64,000 nucleotides of DNA, from contig NC_086108.1 of assembly GCF_963921235.1 (NCBI RefSeq), positions 15,128,001-15,192,000 on the forward strand, read 5' to 3'. Position numbers and translations under genes: made by a program. This document shows, in pieces, positions 30,001-41,594 of this stretch. This DNA is from Mobula hypostoma. Lineage: Eukaryota. Position 1 is the first letter of the stretch, and each line of letters starts with the position of its first letter. The notes under the pieces were generated by a model. That model was given only the letters and a program-made list of their open reading frames with translations. It was not told the DNA's origin and did no database searches.

Positions 30001-33000
30001 CCAGGTTTTGGGGATGAATGGTTGACTCTGGGCCAGGTTGGGGATGAATGGTTGACTCTGGGCCAGGTTGGGGATGAATAGTTGACTCTGGGCCAGGTTG
30101 GGGATGAATGGTTGACTCTGGGCCAGGTTGGGGATGAATGGTTGACTCTGGGCCAGGTTGGGGATGAATGGTTGACTCTCGGCCAGGTTGCGGATGAATG
30201 GTTGACTCTGGGCCAGACTGGGGTTCGACAGTGTCCTCTGGGCCAGGTTGGGGATGAACACTACCTTCTGGGCTAGGTTGGGGATGAATGGTTGACTCTG
30301 GGCCAGGTTTGGGGATGAATAATTGACTCTGGGCCAGGTTGGGGATGAATAGTTGACTCTGGGCCAGGTTGGGGATGAATAGTTGACTCTGGGCCAGGTT
30401 GGGGATGAATGGTTGACTCTGGGCCAGGTTGGGGATGAATGGTTGACTCTGGGCCAGGTTGGGGATGAATAGTTGACTCTGGGCCAGGTTGGGGATGAAT
30501 AGTTGACTCTGGGCCAGGTTGGGGATGAATGGTTGACTCTGGGCCAGGTTGGGGATGAATGGTTGACTCTGGACCAGGTTGGGGATGAATTGTTGACTCT
30601 GGGCCAGGTTTGGGGATGAATGGTTGACTCTGGGCCAGGTTGGGGATGAATGGTTGACTCTGGGCCAGGTTGGGGATGAATAGTTGACTCTGGGCCAGGT
30701 TGGGGATGAATAGTTGACTCTGGGCCAGGTTGGGGATGAACACTACCCTCTGGGCTAGGTTGGGGATGAATGGTTGACTCTGGGCCAGGTTGGGGATGAA
30801 TGGTTGACTCCAGGCCAGGTTGGGGATGAATAGTTGACTCTGGGCCAGGTTGGGGATGAATGGTTGATTCTGGACCAGATTGGGGATGAATAGTTGACTC
30901 TGGGCCAGGCTGGGGACAAACGGTTGACTCGGGGCCAGGTTGGTAATGAATAGTTCACCCTGGGCCAGGTTGGGGATGAATAGTTGACTCTGGGCCAGGT
31001 TGGGGATGAATGGTTGACTCTGGGCCAGGTTGGGGATGAATGGTTGACTCTGGGCCAGGTTGGGGATGAATGGTTGACTCTGGGCCAGGTTGGGGATGAA
31101 TGGTTGACTCTGGGCCAGGTTGGGGATGAATGGTTGACTCTGGACCAGGTTGGGGATGAATGGTTGACTCTGGACCAGGCTGTGATTGAATAATGCCCTC
31201 TGGGCCAGGTTGGGGATGAATGCTTGACTCTGGACCAGGCTGGGGATGAATGGTTGACTCTGGGCCAGACTGGGGTTCAACAATGTCCTCTGGGCCAGGT
31301 TGGGGATGAAAACTACCCTCTGGGCTAGGTTGGGGATGAATAGTTGACTCTGGGCCAGGTTGGGGATGAATGGTTGACTCTGGGCCAGGTTGGGGAAGAA
31401 TGGTTGACTCTGGGCCAGGTTGGGGATGAATAGTTGACTCTGGGCCAGGTTGGGGATGAATGGTTGACTCTGGGCCAGGTTGGGGATGAATAGTTGACTC
31501 TGGGCCAGGTTGGGGATGAATTGTTGACTCTGGGCCAGGTTTGGGGATGAATGGTTGACTCTGGGCCAGGTTGGGGATGAATAGTTGACTCTGGGCCAGG
31601 TTGGGGATGAATAGTTGACTCTGGGCCTGGTTGGGGATGAATGGTTGACTCTCGGCCAGGTTGGGGATGAATAATTAACTCTGGGCCAGGTTGGGGATGA
31701 ATAGTTGACTCTGGGCCAGGTTGGGGATGAATGGTTGACTCTGGGCCAGGTTGGGGATGAATGGTTGACTCTGGGCCAGGTTGGGGATGAATGGTTGACT
31801 CTGGGCCAGGTTGGGGATGAATAGTTGACTCTGGGCCAGGTTGGGGATGAATGGTTGACTCTGGGCCAGGTTTTGGGGATGAATGGTTGACTCTGGGCCA
31901 GGTTGGGGATGAATGGTTGACTCTGGGCCAGGTTGGGGATGAATAGTTGACTCTGGGCCAGATTGGGGATGAATGGTTGAATCTGGACCAGGTTGGGGAT
32001 GAATGGTTGACTCTGGGCCAGGTTGGGGATGAATGGTTGACTCTGGGCCAGGTTGGGGATGAATGGTTGACTCTGGACCAGGCTGGGGATGAATGGTTGA
32101 CTCTGGGCCAGACTGGGGTTCAACAATGTCCTCTGGGCCAGGTTGGGGATGAACACTACCCTCTGGGCTAGGTTGGGGATGAATGGTTGACTCTGGGCCA
32201 GGTTGGGGATGAATAGTTGACTCTGGGCCAGGTTGGGGATGAATGGTTGACTCTGGGCCAGGTTGGGGATGAATGGTTGACTCTGGGCCAGGTTGGGGAT
32301 GAATGGTTGACTCTGGGCCAGGTTGGGGATGAATAGTTGACTCTGGGCCAGGTTGGGGATGAATGGTTGACTCTGGGCCAGGTTGGGGATGAATGGTTGA
32401 CTCTGGGCCAGGTTGGGGATGAATGGTTGACTCTGGACCAGGCTGGGGATGAATGGTTGACTCTGGGCCAGACTGGGGTTCAACAATGTCCTCTGGGCCA
32501 GGTTGGGGATGAACACTACCCTCTGGGCTAGGTTGGGGATGAATGGTTGACTCTGGGCCAGGTTTGGGGATGAATAGTTGACTCTGGGCCAGGTTGGGGA
32601 TGAATAGTTGACTCTGGGCCAGGTTGGGGATGAATAGTTGACTCTGGGCCAGGTTGGGGATGAATGGTTGACTCTGGGCCAGGTTGGGGATGAATAGTTG
32701 ACTCTGGGCCAGGTTGGGGATGAATGGTTGACTCTGGGCCAGGTTGGGGATGAATGGTTGACTCTGGGCCAGGTTGGGGATGAATGTTGACTCTGGATGA
32801 AATGGTTGAATAGTTGACTCTGGACCTCCAGGTTGGGGATGAATAGTTGACTCTGGGCCAGGTTGGGGATGAATGGTTGACTCTGGGCCAGGTTGGGGAT
32901 GAATAGTTGACTCTGGGCCAGGTTGGGGATGAATGGTTGACTCTGGACCAGGTTGGGGATGAATGGTTGACTCTGGGCCAGGTTGGGGATGAATAGTTGA

Positions 33001-36000
33001 CTCTGGGCCAGGTTGGGGATGAATAGTTGACTCTGGACCAGGTTAGGGATGAATGGTTGACTCTGGACCAGGCTGGGGATGATTGGTTGACTCTGGGCCA
33101 GACTGGGGTTCAACAATGTCCTTTGGGCCAGGTTGGGGATGAACACTACCCTCTGGGCTAGGTTGGGGATGGATGGTTGACTCTGGGCCAGGTTTGGGAT
33201 GAATAGTTGACTCTGGGCCAGGTTGGGGATGAATAGTTGACTCTGGGCCAGGTTGGGGATGAATAGTTGACTCTGGGCCAGGTTGGGGATGAATGGTTGA
33301 CTCTGGGCCAGGTTGGGGATGAATAGTTGACTCTGGGCCAGGTTGGGGATGAATGGTTGACTCTGGGCCAGGTTGGGGATGAATAGTTGACTCTGGGCCA
33401 GGTTGGGGATGAATAGTTGACTCTGGGCCAGGTTGGGGATGAACACTACCCTCTGGGCCAGGTTGGGGATGAATAGTTGACTCTGGGCCAGGTTGGGGAT
33501 GCATAGTTGACTCGGGGCCAGTTTGGGGATAAATAATTGACTCGGGGTCAGGTTGGGGATGAATGGTTGACTCTGGGCCAGGTTGGGGATGAATGGTTGA
33601 CTCTGGGCCAGGTTGGGGATGAATGGTTGACTCTGGGCCAGGTTGGGGATGAATAGTTGACTCTGGGCCAGGTTGGGGATGAATGGTTGACTCTGGGCCA
33701 GGTTGGGGATGAATGGTTGACTCTGGGCCAGGTTGGGGATGAATGGTTGACTCTGGGCCAGGTTGGGGATGAATGGTTGACTCTGGACCAGGCTGGGGAT
33801 GAATGGTTGACTCTGGGCCAGACTGGGGTTCAACAATGTCCTCTGGGCCAGGCTGGGGATGAACACTACCCTCTGGGCTAGGTTGGGGATGAATAGTTGA
33901 CTCTGGGCCAGGTTGGGGATGAATAGTTGACTCTGGGCCAGGTTGGGGATGAATGGTTGACTCTGGGCCAGGTTGGGGATGAATGGTTGACTCTGGGCCA
34001 GGTTTGGGGATGAATGGTTGACTCTGGGCCAGGTTGGGGATGAATAGTTGACTCTGGGCCTGGTTGGGGATGAATGGTTGACTCTCGGCCAGGTTGGGTA
34101 TGAATGGTTGACTCTGGGCCAGGTTTGGGGATGAATGGTTGACTCTGGACCAGGTTGGGGATGAATGGTTGACTCTGGGCCAGGTTGGGGTTGAACATTG
34201 TCCTCTGGGCCAGGTTGGGGATGAATGGTTGACTCTGGGCTAGGTTGGGGATGAATGGTTGACTCTGGGCCAGGTTTGGAATGAATAATTGACTCTGGGC
34301 CAGGTTGGGGATGAATAGTTGACTCTGGGCCAGGTTGGGGATGAATAGTTGACTCTGGGCCAGGTTGGGGATGAATGGTTGACTCTGGGCCAGGTTGGGG
34401 ATGAATGGTTGACTCTGGGCCAGGTTGGGGATGAATAGTTGACTCTGGGCCAGGTTGGGGATGAATGGTTGACTCTGGGCCAGGTTGGGGATGAATAATT
34501 AACTCTGGGCCAGGTTGGGGATGAATAGTTGACTCTGGGCCAGGTTGGGGATGAATGGTTGACTCTGGGCCAGGTTGGGGATGAATGGTTGACTCTGGGC
34601 CAGGTTTGGGAATGAATGGTTGACTCTGGGCCAGGTTTGGGGATGAATGGTTGACTCTGGGCCAGGTTGGGGATGAATAGTTGACTGTGGGCCAGGTTGG
34701 GGATGAATAGTTGACTCTGGGCCAGGTTGGGGATGAACACTACCCTCTGGGCTAGGTTGGGGATGAATGGTTGACTCTGGGCCAGGTTAGGGATGAATGG
34801 TTGACTCTGGGCCAGGTTGGGGATGAATAGTTGACTCTGGGCCAGGTTGGGGATGAATGGTTGATTCTGGACCAGATTGGGGATGAATAGTTGACTCTGG
34901 GTCAGGCTGGGGACAAACGGTTGACTCGGGGCCAGGTTGGTAATGAATAGTTCACCCTGGGCCAGGTTGGGGATGAATAGTTGACTCTGGGCCAGGTTGG
35001 GGATGAATGGTTGACTCTGGGCCAGGTTGGGGATGAATGGTTGACTCTGGGCCAGGTTGGGGATGAATGGTTGACTCTGGGCCAGGTTGGGGATGAATGG
35101 TTGACTCTGGGCCAGGTTGGGGATGAATGGTTGACTCTGGACCAGGTTGGGGATGAATGGTTGACTCTGGACCAGGCTGTGATTGAATAATGCCCTCTGG
35201 GCCAGGTTGGGGATGAATGCTTGACTCTGGACCAGGCTGGGGATGAATGGTTGACTCTGGGCCAGACTGGGGTTCAACAATGTCCTCTGGGCCAGGTTGG
35301 GGATGAAAACTACCCTCTGGGCTAGGTTGGGGATGAATAGTTGACTCTGGGCCAGGTTGGGGATGAATAGTTGACTCTGGGCCAGGTTGGGGATGAATAG
35401 TTGACTCTGGGCCAGGTTGGGGATGAATGGTTGACTCTGGGCCAGGTTGGGGATGAATGGTTGACTCTGGGCCAGGTTGGGGATGAATGGTTGACTCTGG
35501 GCCAGGTTGGGGATGAATGGTTGACTCTGGGCCAGGTTGGGGATGAATAGTTGACTCTGGGCCAGGTTGGGGATGAATAGTTGACTCTGGGCCAGGTTGG
35601 GGATGAATGGTTGACTCTGGGCCAGGTTGGGGATGAATAATTAACTCTGGGCCAGGTTGGGGATGAATAGTTGACTCTGGGCCAGGTTGGGGATGAATAG
35701 TTGACTCTGGGCTAGGTTGGGGATGAATGGTTGACTCTGGGCCAGGTTGGGGATGAATGGTTGACTCTGGGCCAGGTTGGGGATGAATAGTTGACTCTGG
35801 GCCAGGTTGGGGATGAATGGTTGACTCTGGGCCAGGTTGGGGATGAATAGTTGACTCTGGGCCAGGTTGGGGATGAATGGTTGACTCTGGGCCAGGTTGG
35901 GGATGAATGGTTGACTCTGGGCCAGGTTGGGGATGAATGGTTGACTCTGGGCCAGGTTGGGGATGAATGGTTGACTCTGGACCAGGCTGGGGATGATTGG

Positions 36001-37822
36001 TTGACTCTGGGCCAGACTGGGGTTCAACAATGTCCTTTGGGCCAGGTTGGGGATGAACACTACCCTCTGGGCTAGGTTGGGGATGGATGGTTGACTCTGG
36101 GCCAGGTTGGGGATGAATAGTTGACTCTGGGCCAGGTTGGGGATGAATGGTTGACTCTGGGCCAGGTTGGGGATGAATGGTTGACTCTGGGCCAGGTTGG
36201 GGATGAATGGTTGACTCTGGGCCAGGTTGGGGATGAATAGTTGACTCTGGGCCAGGTTGGGGATGAATGGTTGACTCTGGGCCAGGTTGGGGATGAATAA
36301 TTGACTCTGGGCCAGGTTGGGGATGAATAGTTGACTCTGGGCCAGGTTGGGGATGAACACTACCCTCTGGGCCAGGTTGGGGATGAATAGTTGACTCTGG
36401 GCCAGGTTGGGGATGAATAGTTGACTCGGGGCCAGGTTGGGGATGAATAGTTGACTCTGGGCCAGGTTGGGGATGAATGGTTGAATCTGGACCAGGTTGG
36501 GGATGAATGGTTGACTCTGGGCCAGGTTAGGGATGAATAGTTGACTCTGGGCCAGGTTGGGGATGAATAGTTGACTCTGGGCCAGGTTGGGGATGAATGG
36601 TTGACTCTGGGCCAGGTTGGGGATGAATAGTTGACTCTGGGCCAGGTTGGGGATGAATAGTTGACTCTGGGCCTGGTTGGGGATGAATGGTTGACTCTCG
36701 GCCAGGTTGCGGATGAATGGTTGACTCTGGGCCAGACTGGGGTTCGACAGTGTCCTCTGGGCCAGGTTGGGGATGAACACTACCCTCTGGGCTAGGTTGG
36801 GGATGAATGGTTGACTCTGGGCCAGGTTGGGGATGAATAGTTGACTCTGGGCCAGGTTGGGGATGAATGGTTGACTCTGGGCCAGGTTGGGGATGAATGG
36901 TTGACTCTGGGCCAGGTTGGGGATGAATGGTTGACTCTGGGCCAGGTTGGGGATGAATAGTTGACTCTGGGCCAGGTTGGGGATGAATGGTTGACTCTGG
37001 GCCAGGTTGGGGATGAATGGTTGACTCTGGGCCAGGTTGGGGATGAATGGTTGACTCTGGACCAGGTTGGGGATGAATGGTTGACTCTGGGCCAGACTGG
37101 GGTTCGACAATGTCCTCTGGGCCAGGTTGGGGATGAATTGTTGACTCTGGGCTAGGTTGGGGATGAATGGTTGACTCTGGGCCAGGTTGGGGATGAATAA
37201 TTGACTCTGGGCCAGGTTGGGGATGAATAGTTGACTCTGGGCCAGGTTGGGGATGAATGGTTGACTCTGGGCCAGGTTGGGGATGAATGGTTGACTCTGG
37301 GCCAGGTTGGGGATGAATGGTTGACTCTGGGCCAGGCTGGGGATGAATGGTTGACTCTGGGCCAGGTTGGGGATGAATGCTTGACTCTGGACCAGGCTGG
37401 GGATGAATGGTTGACTCTGGGCCAGACTGGGGTTCACTAATGTCCTCTGGGCCAGGTTGGGGATGAATAGTTGACTCTGGGCCAGGTTGGGGATGAATAG
37501 TTGACTCTGGGCCAGGTTTGGGGATGAATGGTTGACTCTGGGCCAGGTTGGGGATGAATAGTTGACTCTGGGCCAGGTTGGGGATGAATAGTTGACTCTG
37601 GGCCAGGTTGGGGATGAATGGTTGACTCTGGGCCAGGTTGGGGATGAATAGTTGACTCTGGGCCAGGTTGGGGATGAATAGTTGACTCTGGGCCAGGTTG
37701 GGGATGAATGGTTGACTCTGGACCAGGCTGGGATTGAATAATGCCCTCTGGGCCAGGTTGCGGATGAACAGTGCCCTCTGGGCCAGGCTGGGGATGAACG
37801 GTTGACACTGAGCCAGGCTGGG
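1..37822. repeat. Giant tandem array (minisatellite/satellite) of a 30-bp unit, about 1,260 copies, open at the left window edge
   Basis: Directly visible unit GACTCTGGGCCAGGTTGGGGATGAATGGTT. Recurrent variants: aatgg/aatag/aataa/aacgg, ggacc, ggctgg, +T or +TT after cagg, and marker units 'actggggttcgacaatgtcc' and 'aacactacc(t/c)tc'. Units degenerate at ~37730-37822. Confidence 0.99.
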
Positions 37823-37992
37823 AGGTGAGAGATGGTGGTGACAAAGAGCTGCAGTTGGTGGAATCTGAAAGGAGAGGAAGATGGAGCATGGAGTCAAGTA
37901 AGGGAGGTGTGGTGGAAAAGAAAACTGTGATAAGGGGATGATTTGGATGGATGTAGGGAGAACTGAGAAGACCAGAAGAGAGGGAAGGAACA

Positions 37993-38345
37993 AATAGAAA
38001 CATTGAAAACCTGCAGCACAATATAGGCCCTTCGGCCTACAAAGCTGGGCCGAACATGGCCTTACATTAGAAATTACCTAGGGTTACCCATAACCCTCTA
38101 TTTTTTAAGCTCCATGTGCTATCCAGGAGTCTCTTAAAAAAAACCCTATCGTATCCACCTTCACCACCATTGCTGGCAGCCCATTCCACACACTCAACAA
38201 TCTCTGCGTAAAAAAAAAACTTACCCCTGACATCTCCTCTGTACCTGCTTCCAAGCACCTTAAAACTGTGCCCTCACGTGCTGGCTATTTCAGCCCTGGG
38301 GAAAAGACGCTGACCATCCACACGATCAATGCCTCTCATCATCTT
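37993..38345 (-). mobile_element. CR1-clade LINE, 3' end (left part of a copy split by an L1 insertion)
   Basis: Reverse strand reads as a CR1 ORF2 C-terminus (RYRGDVRGKFF...) and 3' UTR, with a tail remnant 'atagaaacattgaaa'. It continues at 41032 after the duplicated ATCATCTT. Confidence 0.85.
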
Positions 38346-41031
38346 TCTTTTTTTTCAATATTTTCATTCGTTACTTACGTAAAATGTATTTATAAGAGTA
38401 CAGTAGGATATATAATGTATATAGATTACAATATATTGAAATCACAGATAAAGTGTAATTACCCTATATCCATATAAAATTAAATTTAAATATAATATTG
38501 AAAAGAGATAATTTTATTACACAAAAAAATCTAAACCCACTACCAGAAAAAAAAACAGCTGTTAGGTTAAAAAAAAGAAAAGGAAGAAATCCTTAACATA
38601 TGATAAAACATATTATTTTCCAACATCTGTGCTTAATAGCAAATCGAAGATTTTGAAAATAATTCAGAAAAGGTCCCCACAATGTTAAAAAATCTTGTCT
38701 AGGTTCAGAAATTGAACTAGCGAATCTTCTCTAAATTTAAGCAAGACATAACATCATGTAACCAATGAGTAGGAGTAGGCGGGGTGGCATCCTTCCACTT
38801 AAGCAACAATGCCCCCCTGGCTATGAGAGAAATAAAGGCCAAAATATGCAGATCATGTGTCTCCAAAATAATATAATTTCCTCCAACAATAAGGCAGTCA
38901 AAGGATTAGGTTTAAAATTTACTTTGAAAAGCACCAAAAAAGTTTGAAATACTTCCTTCCAATATTTTTCAAGACTCGCGGACAAGTCCAAAACACATGG
39001 ATTAGAGAAGCTTCTCCATTATTTACATCTATCACAAAAGGGAGATATATCTGAATAAAAACGAGACAGCCTATCTTTAGACATACGGGCTTTATGAACC
39101 ACTTTAAATTGTAAAAGGGAATGATGAGCACATAAATACGAGGTATTAACCAATTTAAAAATTTCATTCCAAGTGTCCTCAGAAATCGAAATCTGTAAAT
39201 CTTGTTCCCAAAGATTTTTAATTTTATCTAAAGGAATATTTCTCATTCCCAACAACATACCATAAATATTAGGTATAGATGCATTATGGAAGGATTTAAA
39301 ATTAAAAATTATATTAAGTAAATTTTTATCTGGACCTTTTGGAAATGTATGTACTTGAGAACACAAAAAGTCTCTAATTTCTAAATATCGAAAAAAGTGA
39401 GTTCTCGGTACGCTATATTTAACTGACAGTTGTTCAAATGAAGAGAGAGTATCTCCAACAAACAAATTATGAAAACATTTAATACCCAATCTATTCCAGT
39501 CTTTAAAAACTACATCAGACTTGGAAGGTTTAAAAAAAAAGTTAGAAAAAATGGGACTGGAAAGTGAAAAACTCAATAAACCAAAATATTTTCTAAATTG
39601 AACCCAAATCCTCAAAGTGTGTTTAGCTACAAAATTATCAGTTAAATTACTTAGAGATAAAGGAATTGAGGATCTGAGAAGAGAAATGATAGCGAATTTA
39701 TTAACAGAGCTTCTAAAGAAACCCAGACCGGACAGTCCTCTCGATTAATATAATATAACCAAAACATAAGATTCCGTATGTGACTGCCCAGTAATAAAAA
39801 ACTAAAATTGGGTAAGGCTAAACCTCCATTCTTTTTAGCTTTTTGAAGATGAACTTTATTTAATCGAGAAATTTTATTTTTCCATATATAAGAAGATATA
39901 ATAGAATCCAAAGAATCAAAAAAGGATTTGGGAATAAAAACAGGTATGGCCTGAAATAAATATAAAAATTTAGGCAAAATATTCATTTTAATGGAATTGA
40001 TTCAGCCAATCAACGATAAAGAGAGGGGCAACCAATTTGAAAGTGCCTGCTTAACATAATTCAGAAGTGTAAAAAATTTTCTTTAATGAGAAATTTATAA
40101 TTCCTAGTAATTGTTATGCCCAAATAAGTAAATTCATTTCTTACAATTTTAAAAGGAAGGTTAGTATTAACTAATACCAAATTATTCAAAGGAAAAAGTT
40201 CACTCTTATAAAAGTTAAGTTTATATCCAGAAAACTGACTAAAGCAGGAAAGTAGAAAAGGTAAAGAAGACTCCACATTAGAAATGTAGAGCAAAAAATC
40301 ATCAGCATAAAGCGAAACTTTGTGGGTAATACCCCTCCTTAAAATACCAGTGATATCATTAGATTCCCAGAAAGCAATAGCTGAAGGTTCTAAGACCAAA
40401 TCAAAAAGCAAAGGACTCAAGGGACAGCCTTGTCTAGTTCCACGATAAAGTTTAAATGGTTTAGAGTACTGAAAGTTAGTAAGAACCTGAGTGGAGGGAG
40501 ATAAATAAAGTAATTTAATCCATTGAATAAAATTGGGCCCAAAGTTAAATTTTTCTAAAGTTTTAAATAATTCCATTCAACCTGATCAAAGGCTTTCTCA
40601 GTATCTAAGGATATCACACATTCTGAAATCTCTTTAGAAGGAGAATAACATTCAATAAACAACGAATATTTAAGTGGGAGTATCGATTTTTGATAAATCC
40701 AGTATGATCATCAGAGACAATAGATGGCAAAATATTTTCAATCCTATTAGCCAAAAGTTTAGATATTTTAGTAGCAACATTAAGTAAGGAAATAGGTCTC
40801 TAAGAAGAGCATTCGATTGTGTCCTTGTTCTTTTAAAGAATAAGTGAAATAGAGGCTTCATAAAAAGATTGTGGCAACTTTCCTAATTTAAAAGAGTCAG
40901 AAAGGACTGAATATAAATGAGGTATAAGCAACGAGGAAAAAGCCTTATAAAACTCTCCAGAAAATCCATCGAGGCCCAGAGCCTTCCCCGAGTGCAAAGA
41001 ATGAACAACCTTGGCAATTTCCTCATAGGAA
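38346..41031 (-). mobile_element. 5'-truncated, frameshifted L1-clade LINE (ORF2 RT and C-terminal region, 3' UTR, poly-A)
   Basis: ORF fragments SGKALGLDGFSGEFYK, RGTRQGCPLSPLLF, VSLYADD, MNILPKFLYLFQAIP, GGLALPNF and CDRC...HVFWTCP. T-run (reverse poly-A) at ~38346-38356. TSD ATCATCTT at 38338-38345 and 41032-41039. Confidence 0.92.
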
Positions 41032-41330
41032 ATCATCTTATACACCTCTATCGGGTCACCTCTCATCCTCTGTCGCTCCAAAGAGAAACCTATTCTCATA
41101 AGGCATGCTCCCCAATCCAGGCAACATCCTTGTAAATCTCCTCTGCACCCTTTCTATGTTTTCCACATACTTCCTCTAGTGAGGTGACCAGAATTGAGCA
41201 CAGTACCCCAAGTGGGGTGTAACCAGGGTCCTATATAGCTGCAACATTACCTCTCGTCTCCTAAACTCAATCCCACGATTGATGAAGGCCAATGCACCGT
41301 ATATTTTCTGAACCACAGAGTCAACCTGCG
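41032..41330 (-). mobile_element. CR1-clade LINE ORF2 fragment (right part of the split copy)
   Basis: Translation YGALAFINRGIEFRRREVMLQLYRTLVTPHLGYCAQFWSPH, then ...MRGDPIEVYK, typical of the CR1 ORF2 C-terminus. Confidence 0.88.
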
Positions 41331-41594
41331 CAGGAGGAGCATGTTTCCTGAAATCAAAGAATTTAATGTTCACAAAATTGGCTTTTAGACATGGGTTTCA
41401 ACCTGCAGTAGGCATCCTCCCACTTTGTAACCAAACCCAATTATTGATTCCATTCAGCACTTTTAAGCTCTCATCACCAATTAAGTAGTTGTAGTAATTT
41501 CAATTGTAAATTCTATACTTTGTTTTTCATAGACAAGTTCAAACTTTGTTCTTTGAGTCTATGTGGTCTAACTGTTGTATCTTTACATGTCTAG

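Noticed and set aside
1..37822. CRISPR-like array
   Set aside because: Units are head-to-tail with no unique spacers, there are no cas genes, and the context is a vertebrate intron.
1..37822. Telomeric or interstitial telomeric repeat (TTGGGG, occasional TTAGGG)
   Set aside because: The hexamer occurs once per 30-bp unit and never in tandem.
1..37822. Immunoglobulin switch region
   Set aside because: It lacks the AGCT/GAGCT pentamer density of switch regions, and the neighbouring exons are Roquin, not Ig constant exons.
271..38021. Dozens of repetitive ORFs up to 1197 aa (LTLGQVGDEW, IPNLAQSQPF, HPQPGPESTI, SPTWPRVNHS)
   Set aside because: The unit is exactly 10 codons and the minus strand is stop-free in all three frames. 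ORFs switch frame at +1/+2 T insertions and TGG/TAG toggles freely, so there is no sign of coding constraint.
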